Under the pieces are notes generated by a model. It saw nothing but the letters and a program-made list of their open reading frames with translations. It was not told the DNA's origin and did not search any database. This document shows, piece after piece, positions 9,596 to 18,385 of a DNA stretch of 53,151 nucleotides. Numbering within the stretch: the first letter of the stretch is position 1; each line of letters opens with the position of its first letter. The stretch is from an uncultured Candidatus Saccharibacteria bacterium (lineage in GTDB: Bacteria > Patescibacteriota > Minisyncoccia > Phycocordibacterales > PALSA-1337): NCBI GenBank assembly GCA_964495685.1, contig CAZBVQ010000004.1, forward strand, positions 1-53,151. Reading direction: 5' to 3'. Position numbers and translations under genes: made by a program.

Positions 9596-10629
9596 AATTC
9601 TATGTCGTTAGTTGTTATTGGTGACCGTGCCTTAATATCACACACAGCTCGTTTGCCTATGACTTTTTCAATATCTTTTGGCTCAATACCGCGCATTGGC
9701 CTAAGAGTAATAAGCATTGAATCGTCTATAACTTCCCCTCTGGAAATATCTTTCAGGGCATACAATGAACGACGTGTTCCCCTCTCTTTCACCTCATCAA
9801 CCTCACGGTCTGGGGCCGATATTGGCTCCTTTACACCCGAACGCGACAGAGCGGCTTCAAGACTGCGTATCTCTGACACCATATGTCTAAATTGATCTAT
9901 GGTCATAGAGTTTTTATCATCATTACTATTACCCTCCTGCGAATCTGTTATATGACGCTCAATTAGACAGGCACCGAGAGTGATGGCACCCAGAGTTGCA
10001 GCATTCGACGAAGGTTCGGCATGATCGGAATAACCAACTGGACGACTAAGTTCTTTCCGCAAAGTTTGTATGGCTTTCAGGTTCAGATCTTTAGACTCTG
10101 GAGGATATAGAGAGACACAGTGGAGGACAACTATCTGATCATTACCTTCATTTTTTATGACTTCAACCGCATGCTTAACTTCATCCATATAGGCCATGCC
10201 CGTAGAAATAATGACCGGCTTACCCTTCTTGGCTATGTGACGCAAAAGAACATCATCCGTCATTTCGTAAGAAGCAACTTTGTACGCTAGCACGCCAGAT
10301 TCAGCCAAAAGGTCAACTGCACCTTTATCAAACGGCGTGGACAAAAATAGTATATCTTTTTGTTTTGCCTTAGCGATCAGTTGCGGAGTCCATTCATAAG
10401 GCAACTCGGCTGACTTGTAAAAATCTGACAGAGGTTCAGCGGCAATTTTGTCGTGGATCAGGTGCTGAAATTTAACCGCGTCTGCTCCGGCAGCTTGTGC
10501 AGCATCAATCATGGCCAAAGCGGTATTTATGTCACCACGATGATTGGCGCTCACCTCCGCTATAACAAAAACAGGCTGTCCGTCGCCCACCTTTCTGGTG
10601 CCAATAGTAACATTTCCCTTATTCATCAA
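9592..10629 (-). CDS. pseI: N-acetylneuraminate/pseudaminic acid synthase (NeuB/PseI family) with C-terminal SAF domain
   Basis: VFVIAEVSANH, GADAVKFQ, LSTPFD, HCVSLYP, GYSDH and an RRSL..LRP SAF tail. The pseI name rests on pseB/pseC context. Confidence 0.85.
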   Translation of the reverse strand: MMNKGNVTIGTRKVGDGQPVFVIAEVSANHRGDINTALAMIDAAQAAGADAVKFQHLIHDKIAAEPLSDFYKSAELPYEWTPQLIAKAKQKDILFLSTPFDKGAVDLLAESGVLAYKVASYEMTDDVLLRHIAKKGKPVIISTGMAYMDEVKHAVEVIKNEGNDQIVVLHCVSLYPPESKDLNLKAIQTLRKELSRPVGYSDHAEPSSNAATLGAITLGACLIERHITDSQEGNSNDDKNSMTIDQFRHMVSEIRSLEAALSRSGVKEPISAPDREVDEVKERGTRRSLYALKDISRGEVIDDSMLITLRPMRGIEPKDIEKVIGKRAVCDIKARSPITTNDIEL

Positions 10630-10640
10630 TAAGATTGATA

Positions 10641-11264
10641 TTATACCAAACGTTCTTTCTTGTCACCAATAGAAGCCGTCTTGTATGTACCAGAATGTAA
10701 TGCGGCCAGACCGTCAGCCTCAGATGCTAACCTTTTTATATATGCAGGAGTCTGTTTTACCACACCAAATTCTTTTTCAAATTCCGGACGAACGGACGTG
10801 ATGACATCCTCAGCCACAACAATATTTGCACGTACGCTTGATTTGAGAGTTTTCCACATGGCCGACAACCTAGGTACATGGTATTCGTTTGTAACAATAA
10901 TAATGTCCGACCAGCCAAGTTTTTTTGACAGAGACTCGGCTTCGGACATACCGTTCAGTGTAGTAGTCGAGTTTTCCTCACGGATTATGCGTGAAGGTGC
11001 GATCCCCAGTTTAACTAATTCACTTTCCATAACTGCGGCATGAGAAGGTACAAACTGATCTCGAATACCTTTTCCCCCAGGCACAATTTTCGTATCCGGA
11101 TACATTTTTCCCAAAATGGAGGCTGCTTCCACACGAGCATATCCGCCAAGCACACCAAAAGAATCCCCATCTTCGTATGAAGTCGACCGGTAACCGCCAT
11201 CGACCGAACGTACCGTTCCACCAGTAGGGATAATTATAGCATTGGGCCGTATTTCTCTTGTCAT
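10641..11264 (-). CDS. YdcF/DUF218 family protein
   Basis: IIIPTGG, R..A, E..S.TT and IIIVTNEYH.PR motifs. Confidence 0.8.
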   Translation of the reverse strand: MTREIRPNAIIIPTGGTVRSVDGGYRSTSYEDGDSFGVLGGYARVEAASILGKMYPDTKIVPGGKGIRDQFVPSHAAVMESELVKLGIAPSRIIREENSTTTLNGMSEAESLSKKLGWSDIIIVTNEYHVPRLSAMWKTLKSSVRANIVVAEDVITSVRPEFEKEFGVVKQTPAYIKRLASEADGLAALHSGTYKTASIGDKKERLV

Positions 11265-12181
11265 AATTTTATCTTACTCCACAGACTTGGATTTACAGCA
11301 CCCCTATTCAGATCCTTGAATGCACTCGACATTTCGCTGATCATTCCATCATCGACTGAAGACCCGGCTCCATCTTCCAGATCTTGAGCAAGCTGTCTGA
11401 CATTGTCTACTCCAAAGACTATGTAGTCGGCGCGACATCTCGCATACACAAAGTCCAAGGAAGCTTCCACCTGTGTTCTACCATACTTTTGAGCAATATT
11501 GATAAATGCGCCCAAGAATGGCTTTAAATATTGCAAATGGGTCGGTAATTTGTCTGGCCGCATCAATAACAACCCCTGTAGAAATGGACTTCTAGCAAAT
11601 ACTGTAGTTTTGTTTGCTTTTGCGCGATCAAAAAAATGTGTACTATCCAATCGTTGGTCAAAGACGTTATAAGGCACCTGTACACAGTCAGACCCGAGCT
11701 CGACTGCCTGTAGGGCTTCAGCCTCATCATAAACAGAAACACCGACATGTTTCACCAGGCCATCTTGTTTTACCTGTCGCAACCCGTCCATGGCATACTT
11801 TAGATATACATAATACGGGGAATGAAACATGTATGCTTCTAATGAATCGAGGCCGAGCCGTTTCAATGATTTTTCCAGTTCCATTCGCACAATATCAGAA
11901 ATCTTTGTGCCGTCAGGATAGTCATTTATGGCATGGGGCTTCATCTTTGAGATTACTTTAACTTTGCCCGAAAGAGACCGACTCCTGATCCATGCCCCTA
12001 GTACATCTTCGGCTGTACCGTAAGCCCACGCTGTATCAAACGTATCGATACCTGCAGCCAAAGCGGTATCAAGAATAGAAAAGGATTCACTTTCTGTCGG
12101 TTGTCCACATTGATTGTTTAGGCCGTATTTCATGCCCAACTGCACGGTACCCAAGACAAGTTGTGGATGGTTAATTTTCAT
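11261..12181 (-). CDS. Aldo/keto reductase family oxidoreductase
   Basis: Start trimmed to MKINHPQLVLGTVQLG (12181). Motifs GIDTFDTAWAYG, ISK, YMFH, GVSVY and VQVPYNVFD. Confidence 0.9.
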   Translation of the reverse strand: MKINHPQLVLGTVQLGMKYGLNNQCGQPTESESFSILDTALAAGIDTFDTAWAYGTAEDVLGAWIRSRSLSGKVKVISKMKPHAINDYPDGTKISDIVRMELEKSLKRLGLDSLEAYMFHSPYYVYLKYAMDGLRQVKQDGLVKHVGVSVYDEAEALQAVELGSDCVQVPYNVFDQRLDSTHFFDRAKANKTTVFARSPFLQGLLLMRPDKLPTHLQYLKPFLGAFINIAQKYGRTQVEASLDFVYARCRADYIVFGVDNVRQLAQDLEDGAGSSVDDGMISEMSSAFKDLNRGAVNPSLWSKIKL

Positions 12182-12959
12182 TTTGCAATTTTTTGAACTC
12201 CTCATCTTCTTTGAGTGACTTGGCCAGTCCCTCATATCCAGTACCCCCCCTGTTGATTGCCATAAGCTCCGGATGGGCCTCCAACAATGCAAGTACGTCA
12301 TCCTTGCCAAAATAGGGTTTGTTTTTGTACAAATACTCAAAAACTTTTGTCACAAATGAAAAATCGGCCTCCGTATCAACAGACCAATGCATCTTTGAAT
12401 CATCTCTCGTGCCTGTTTTCCACTGTAACGCTCTGAAACGCTCAGGATGATTTATAAAATAACGCGCCACATGTTCGCGCTCGGAAGGTAATTTTGCACT
12501 GAGGGCGGCCTCCTCAAGACCGACAAATGAAAATACGTTGAAATCAAGACCTTCCGGATAATTGAGCACTGTCCCGGTAAAAATGTATGGGTCCTTGGCG
12601 TCTATATAATGCTGCACACCTTCATCTACAACCAAAGGGTCCTGCAAAGGGCAGTCGGCCAACAGACAAGTGATGGCTGTATCTTTGTCAGCCCCCATGC
12701 TTTTTGCCGCTTGATAGAATCGGTCAAGCACGTCCTTCTCACTACCACGAAAAACAGCCACTCCACAACTCTTGACCAAAGCTTCGGTGGCATCATCCTC
12801 TAGTTTGTCCGTCGTTGCCACAACTATGGCATCCAATTTTTGAGCCCTTTTTATACGCTCGAGCATGTGTCCGAGCATGGGTCGGCCCAAGATAGGACGG
12901 AGTATTTTGGCGGGCAGACGGGTTGATCCAGCACGAGCTTGTATTATGGCTAATATCAT
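12171..12959 (-). CDS. spsF: SpsF-type acylneuraminate cytidylyltransferase (CMP-nonulosonate synthetase-like)
   Basis: IIQARAGSTRLPAK, FRGSEKDVLDRF, REHV and WSVDTEAD motifs. Confidence 0.85.
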   Translation of the reverse strand: MILAIIQARAGSTRLPAKILRPILGRPMLGHMLERIKRAQKLDAIVVATTDKLEDDATEALVKSCGVAVFRGSEKDVLDRFYQAAKSMGADKDTAITCLLADCPLQDPLVVDEGVQHYIDAKDPYIFTGTVLNYPEGLDFNVFSFVGLEEAALSAKLPSEREHVARYFINHPERFRALQWKTGTRDDSKMHWSVDTEADFSFVTKVFEYLYKNKPYFGKDDVLALLEAHPELMAINRGGTGYEGLAKSLKEDEEFKKLQNEN

Positions 12960-12966
12960 CGGTAGT

Positions 12967-13800
12967 CTAATTATATCTCATTGTAATCTCTTTGACTGCA
13001 TCATGGATTGTCTTATTTTTTGCAAATATTACGCTGGTACTAAAACGATTTCCTGACCTACGAAAAAGATCCAGCGGCTGACCATGCAAATCACTAGCTA
13101 TACCTCCTTGCTCCTCGACAAAAAGACTGCCAGATACAATATCCCAAGGTTTGATATCTGGTGTCAAATAAGCTCCAGTGATGCCGGACGCAAGCAGGCA
13201 CCCGTCAACTACAGCCGATGCCGAGCGACGTAGATCTGATGATGCCAGCCAAATATCCCTATACAAAGCGAATGCTCGGTCCGCCACATCTTTCGTACGT
13301 GAATGTGGAAATCCGACGCTGACCAGACTTTGCCCCAAAGTTTCATCAGGATTGACAATTACAAGTTTTTTGTCGTTTAGAAATACACCCTGTCCACGTA
13401 CTGCATGATACATATCACCCGTGGTGGGGATATAGTTTACAGCCATGGCCGCCTTGCCTTCATCCATGAGGGCCACGGATACAGCATAAGCGTCCAGCCC
13501 TTTTACATAGTTGGTCGTACCATCCAAAGGATCCATAATCCACAGACGTTTTTTATCAGGAGTATATTCCACACGCGTTTCTTCACTCAAAATTGAATCC
13601 TGAGGAAATTCACTGGCAATGGTCTCAATTAGTAACGATTCCGACTCAATATCGACACTTGTCGTCACGTCCAAATAACCATCACCGTGCGGCTGTTTTA
13701 TAATCTTATTCCGTTCCCGCGAGACCGTAAGAATAGTACCGGCTTTTAGGACCACATCCTTTGCGATCTGCAGTTCCCTTTTGTAATTATCTGTTTTCAT
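12967..13800 (-). CDS. Inositol monophosphatase family protein
   Basis: LSEE, WIMDPLDGTTNY and PWDI motifs. Confidence 0.92.
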   Translation of the reverse strand: MKTDNYKRELQIAKDVVLKAGTILTVSRERNKIIKQPHGDGYLDVTTSVDIESESLLIETIASEFPQDSILSEETRVEYTPDKKRLWIMDPLDGTTNYVKGLDAYAVSVALMDEGKAAMAVNYIPTTGDMYHAVRGQGVFLNDKKLVIVNPDETLGQSLVSVGFPHSRTKDVADRAFALYRDIWLASSDLRRSASAVVDGCLLASGITGAYLTPDIKPWDIVSGSLFVEEQGGIASDLHGQPLDLFRRSGNRFSTSVIFAKNKTIHDAVKEITMRYN

Positions 13801-13817
13801 AAATATAGTTTTTTGTT

Positions 13818-14843
13818 TTATGTTAATTTTTTTAGGGACTCCAAGACACCCTTTATCGCAGATCCAATACGTTCATTATAACCAAAACGCTTGCGAAGTT
13901 TGGCTTTGCTTAAATATATTCTCAATTGATATAAAGCCAGTTTCTTATCAAAGTCGCTCGGTCGTCGTGAACAACCAAAATATCCACCACAAAACGAATC
14001 GAATATTTCATCCGACACATATGTTCCATAAAATGCCAGATCAAAAATAGGGTCACCCGATTTCGCTTGTGACAGGTCTATGGCCGCAACCACTTTCCGG
14101 CCAATTTCATCAATCATAATGTTAGCATTGTGATAATCGCCATGGAGTATCACGCCATCCTCAATATCCAGCAATCTCTCGTGTCGCCCAAACGCATCAG
14201 AAACATCTCTTCCTTCTTTGACCGTCAGTAATTGGTGTTCAACTAAATATGTTACCGTCTCCTCCAAACGGGTACATATAGCTTCTTTCCACGTCGTCTG
14301 GATTCCTCGTAGCACGCCGCTCCGCAACACAAGCGTACCGAATCCCTCCATCGGAACCGCGTGAATGTTTCTCAAAAACTGACCTGACGACTCGGCATAT
14401 AAAGTAGCATCTTGAGGATATGTCCTGAGATATTCTTCTATATCATGAGTTCCAACATTTTCCAAAAGTATGTAATCGGGATCACTTTTTTTGGTCCTCA
14501 AAATCACATCATAGACTTCGGGGCTTGGTATACCTGCCCGATGCCACACTCTATACAACTCGGCCTCAACCAAAAAATGTTCAGCGACCAGTGGATCAGT
14601 ATTAAGTCGAAAAACTACTCGCAAACCTTTGTCAGTATATACCCTGAAGACTAGGTGATCAAAAGCATTGGCCCCTGCCCCTAACGGCTCCACCCGCGAT
14701 ATATCCGCTCCCAACGAATTCTTGGCTATACGACTAATCACGCTCTGTGATTTGAAGTGTGAATACCTGTCTCTTTTTCGCTTCAAATCCTCATCAGAAA
14801 GTGGCGAATCCGCTTTTGGATCAAATATTGGTCCGTGAATCAT
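13818..14843 (-). CDS. Aminoglycoside phosphotransferase (APH/choline-kinase-like) family protein
   Basis: Catalytic LHGDYHNANIM and metal-binding AIDLS motifs. Confidence 0.85.
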   Translation of the reverse strand: MIHGPIFDPKADSPLSDEDLKRKRDRYSHFKSQSVISRIAKNSLGADISRVEPLGAGANAFDHLVFRVYTDKGLRVVFRLNTDPLVAEHFLVEAELYRVWHRAGIPSPEVYDVILRTKKSDPDYILLENVGTHDIEEYLRTYPQDATLYAESSGQFLRNIHAVPMEGFGTLVLRSGVLRGIQTTWKEAICTRLEETVTYLVEHQLLTVKEGRDVSDAFGRHERLLDIEDGVILHGDYHNANIMIDEIGRKVVAAIDLSQAKSGDPIFDLAFYGTYVSDEIFDSFCGGYFGCSRRPSDFDKKLALYQLRIYLSKAKLRKRFGYNERIGSAIKGVLESLKKLT

Positions 14844-14845
14844 GT

Positions 14846-16177
14846 TTAGTTTAGACGAGCAAATCCTGTGTGGGCTTCTGGCCCGCGCAACTTTTTTCTA
14901 ACTGTCCCCGACTGTATCGCCTCTTTTATGATCGCGTAGGTCTCATCGACCGCCTTGAGATATTTATGTATGTGTACGTCATTATGGGCACATGATGCAA
15001 AGAACATATTTGTGGCAAGAAATCCTCTGCCGAGCATTTCCTGAACAAAAAGAGTTTTCATGGCTTGACTGTCTTTGCCATACTGAAATGAAAAACTGCT
15101 AATCGGAACTACTCCACCGAGCTTAATATCAAGTTCATGTTTCTGCGCCAACCTAATCCATCCTTCACGAACTTTCTTTCCAACTGCATGAAGCCGTTTT
15201 GGTACCTCTACTTTTTTCATCTTTCGTATGGTAGCCAGTGCCGCGGTTGGACCTATTCTTTCTGTCCAGTAAGTACTCGAAATAAAAGATTGCTGAGCGG
15301 CCTGCATCACTTCTCTACGACCAATAATTGCGGCCATCGGATACCCATTGCTCATCGCCTTGCTAAATACGGCAATATCTGGGTAAACACCATATAGGAG
15401 ATGTGCTCCGCCATAAGCAAGTTTCCACCCAACTGTTATCTCATCAAAAATAAGTACGGCACCAGTTTCCGAAGCGATTCTCCTAACGTCTTCAAGAAAA
15501 TCATTCTCGGGTTCAATGTTATGTATTGGCTCCATGATTATAGCCGCCAAATTAGCTCCAGCCTTCCTGACTATTGACTCCAACTCCTCTATCTTATTGT
15601 AATGAAAAGGCATGATCGTACCACCCAGACTCTTGGGAACTCCGGCCGGCATAAGACCCGCCAACAAATGTTCCTTCAGATCGTCTTTACCAGTAAGATT
15701 GGTAGCCAAATACCAATCGTGCCATCCGTGATATCCGCAGAAAGCAATTATGTCCCTACCAGTGTGGGCACGCGCAATACGCTCTGCAATGGCCATAGCT
15801 TCACCTCCTGTACGCGCATATCGCACCATTTCAGCCCAAGGGTGTATCTGACACAAAAGTTCAGCCAACTCAACTTCTTCTGGAGCGTTCAATGTGGACA
15901 TCGAGCCGTTGTCAACAGCCTTCTTTACAGCGGCATTTACATCCTTGTCAGCATAACCCAGCATACAGCTGCCCACTCCCATAATAGACATGTCAATGTA
16001 TTTTTTGCCATCCAGGTCCCACACTTCACAACCTCTGGCTTTGGAGTAATACGCCGGCCAATGATCAGGCAAAAACATCTCGGCTCGCTTTGAAAGCAGC
16101 TGATTGCCACCGGGTATCAACTTCTTTGCTTTTTGCCAGAGTTTTTGACCTGAATTATTTTTAGAATTTTGACTCAT
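14846..16177 (-). CDS. Class III PLP aminotransferase (glutamate-1-semialdehyde aminomutase-like, polysaccharide-cluster type)
   Basis: IPGGNQLLSKR, GCEVWDLDG, YHGWHDW, LIFDEI and PLP-lysine FSKAMSNGYP. ATGA overlap with pseC. Confidence 0.9.
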   Translation of the reverse strand: MSQNSKNNSGQKLWQKAKKLIPGGNQLLSKRAEMFLPDHWPAYYSKARGCEVWDLDGKKYIDMSIMGVGSCMLGYADKDVNAAVKKAVDNGSMSTLNAPEEVELAELLCQIHPWAEMVRYARTGGEAMAIAERIARAHTGRDIIAFCGYHGWHDWYLATNLTGKDDLKEHLLAGLMPAGVPKSLGGTIMPFHYNKIEELESIVRKAGANLAAIIMEPIHNIEPENDFLEDVRRIASETGAVLIFDEITVGWKLAYGGAHLLYGVYPDIAVFSKAMSNGYPMAAIIGRREVMQAAQQSFISSTYWTERIGPTAALATIRKMKKVEVPKRLHAVGKKVREGWIRLAQKHELDIKLGGVVPISSFSFQYGKDSQAMKTLFVQEMLGRGFLATNMFFASCAHNDVHIHKYLKAVDETYAIIKEAIQSGTVRKKLRGPEAHTGFARLN

Positions 16178-17316
16178 AACTTAGAAAGTATACTCTTTAA
16201 AGTATCTGCCACAAACTTTTGCTGTTTCACTGTTATCCCAGGAAAAAGAGGTAGTGATATTTCGGCCGACACAAAAGCTTCGGCATTTGGACACAATCCT
16301 TTTTTGTATCCTAATTTTTCGTAATAAGGATGGGTGTGAACTGGGATATGATGTACCTGTACCCCGATGCCAGCTTCGCGCATTTTCGTAAAGATTTCGT
16401 CGCGTCTGTATGTGATGGGCCGTGCCAATCTAACTGGAAAAAGATGCCACGCCGATTTTTCATGGACACACTCGACGGGGGGAAGGATTACGTTGGGAAC
16501 ATTGGCCAGTAATTTCCTGTACCTCAAAGAAGCTGCCCGACGTTTTGCAATGAATGAGTCCAGACGCTTCAACTGACTGGATCCGAGAGCAGCGGACATC
16601 TCTGGCATACGGTAATTGAATCCGAGTTCCTGCATCTCTTGATACCAAGCCGCGCGATCCTTACGGGCAAAAGTCTTGGCATCTTTACTTATGCCATGAT
16701 TGCGAAATAGTCTCATAGCATCGTAAAGCTTCAGGTTGTCAGTCACGATAATGCCACCTTCTCCTGTGGTAATTGATTTTACCGGATGAAAACTAAACAT
16801 GGTCATATCTGCCTGTATGCCGACTGATTTACCGTAATATTCTGCACCCAACGACTGCGCACCGTCCTCAATAAAGACAATCTTGTGTTTATCAGCAAGA
16901 GCTCGAAACGCGTGCAGATCCGCTGGACGGCCACTGTAATCAACAGGAACTATGGCCTTTGTCTTTTTTGTTATTTTGGCGCGCGCCACACTTACACTCA
17001 TATTACCGGTATTTGGATCAGAATCAGCGAAAATCGGCTTTGCACCGAGATATAATACCGCATTAGCTGTAGCCGCAAAAGTCAACGACGGAACAATAAC
17101 CTCATCCCCTTTACGTACACCAGCGGCGAAATAGGCAGCATGCAATGCTGCAGTGCCTGAATTAAAGGCTACGGCATACTTCGCCCCAACTTTCTTGGCA
17201 ACATCTTTCTCAAATTTCTCGACTGCAGGCCCCTGCGTAAGCCAGCCAGACACAAGCGATCGTACGACCGCCCTGACGTCTGCCTCGTTGATGTCCTGTG
17301 TTGAATAAGGAATCAT
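16174..17316 (-). CDS. pseC: UDP-4-amino-4,6-dideoxy-N-acetyl-beta-L-altrosamine transaminase (PseC, DegT/DnrJ family)
   Basis: MIPYSTQDI..WLTQGP, FSFHPVKSITTGEGG and GFNYRM. Directly follows pseB. Confidence 0.88.
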   Translation of the reverse strand: MIPYSTQDINEADVRAVVRSLVSGWLTQGPAVEKFEKDVAKKVGAKYAVAFNSGTAALHAAYFAAGVRKGDEVIVPSLTFAATANAVLYLGAKPIFADSDPNTGNMSVSVARAKITKKTKAIVPVDYSGRPADLHAFRALADKHKIVFIEDGAQSLGAEYYGKSVGIQADMTMFSFHPVKSITTGEGGIIVTDNLKLYDAMRLFRNHGISKDAKTFARKDRAAWYQEMQELGFNYRMPEMSAALGSSQLKRLDSFIAKRRAASLRYRKLLANVPNVILPPVECVHEKSAWHLFPVRLARPITYRRDEIFTKMREAGIGVQVHHIPVHTHPYYEKLGYKKGLCPNAEAFVSAEISLPLFPGITVKQQKFVADTLKSILSKL

Positions 17317-18336
17317 TTATTGCTTCAAAAGCTCTTTTTCCATATGAGCAACAATTCGAAGAAGTTCTTTCTTCGACATACGCTTCTCCGCAGTGTCGCT
17401 CGTAAAATGAAAATCTTGCTTCAATTTTTTGCCCATTTTCAAGAATTTTTGGATGCCTTTCTTCTGACGTGAAGTACTCGAGTGTTCTGGCAGAATAACA
17501 AAGTATTCTCTGAGCTCTACAGCATGTCTTGCTTCTTCCTTAGTAAGTAACACCTCGTGAACCTTCTCTCCTGGACGTATGCCTATGACAGTGCGTTTTG
17601 CTTCGGGAGCCAAAATATCAAACAAGTCAGTGAGTTTCATCGCCGAAGCCTTCGGTACAAATATTTCCCCCCCTTCCATATTTTCTAACGCAAAGAGAAC
17701 GATCTGCATGGCATGCTCAAGATCTATCCAAAAACGGGTCATGCGCTCTTCTGTTATCTGTACGGTGCTAGCCCCCTTATTTAGAATAAGTTTCTCAATG
17801 ATACTGCCGCGGCTTCCGACGACGTTGCCGTAACGTACAACACTGAAACATGTATCGCCGTCGGCGCTGTATGAGTTACCAGCAATAAAAAGTTTTTCAG
17901 CAGAAAGTTTGGTGGCCCCATAAAGGTTTACTGGCATAGCCGCTTTGTCCGTAGAAACAAGGACAACTTGACCAACCTTCTGATCTAAGGCGGCTTCTAT
18001 AACGTTTTGCGAGCCAATGACGTTAGTTTTCACCGCCTCAAACGGATTGTATTCAAGTGCAGGGACCTGTTTCAAAGCCGCGGCATGCACGACAATATCC
18101 ACCCCATCAAAAGCACGCTGAAGCCTCGGGAGATCGCGCACGTCACCTATGAAAAAACGTATGCGCTCATCCTTGATTTCCATCTGCATCTGGAACTGTT
18201 TCAGCTCATCACGTGAGAAAATTATGAGCTTTTTTATCTCGGAATTTGCCAAAACATATTTCGCAAATGTCCTACCGAAAGAGCCGGTGCCTCCAGTAAT
18301 GAGCATCGTCTTGCCACTTAGTTTTTGTAGATTCAT
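17317..18336 (-). CDS. pseB: UDP-N-acetylglucosamine 4,6-dehydratase (inverting), PseB
   Basis: ITGGTGSFG, SRDELKQ, HAAALKQVP..EYNP, STDKA..PVNLYGATK, RYGNV.GSRGS and IRPGEK.HE. Confidence 0.92.
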   Translation of the reverse strand: MNLQKLSGKTMLITGGTGSFGRTFAKYVLANSEIKKLIIFSRDELKQFQMQMEIKDERIRFFIGDVRDLPRLQRAFDGVDIVVHAAALKQVPALEYNPFEAVKTNVIGSQNVIEAALDQKVGQVVLVSTDKAAMPVNLYGATKLSAEKLFIAGNSYSADGDTCFSVVRYGNVVGSRGSIIEKLILNKGASTVQITEERMTRFWIDLEHAMQIVLFALENMEGGEIFVPKASAMKLTDLFDILAPEAKRTVIGIRPGEKVHEVLLTKEEARHAVELREYFVILPEHSSTSRQKKGIQKFLKMGKKLKQDFHFTSDTAEKRMSKKELLRIVAHMEKELLKQ

Positions 18337-18385
18337 AGCGGATAATATTACACAAAAACCACATCACTGCAAGGGCTGTTTCCCG

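Noticed and set aside
9185-9895. 236-aa plus-strand ORF and many other 60-220 aa antisense or overlapping ORFs in the track
   Set aside because: They lie opposite or within well-supported genes and show no recognisable motifs; treated as shadow ORFs.
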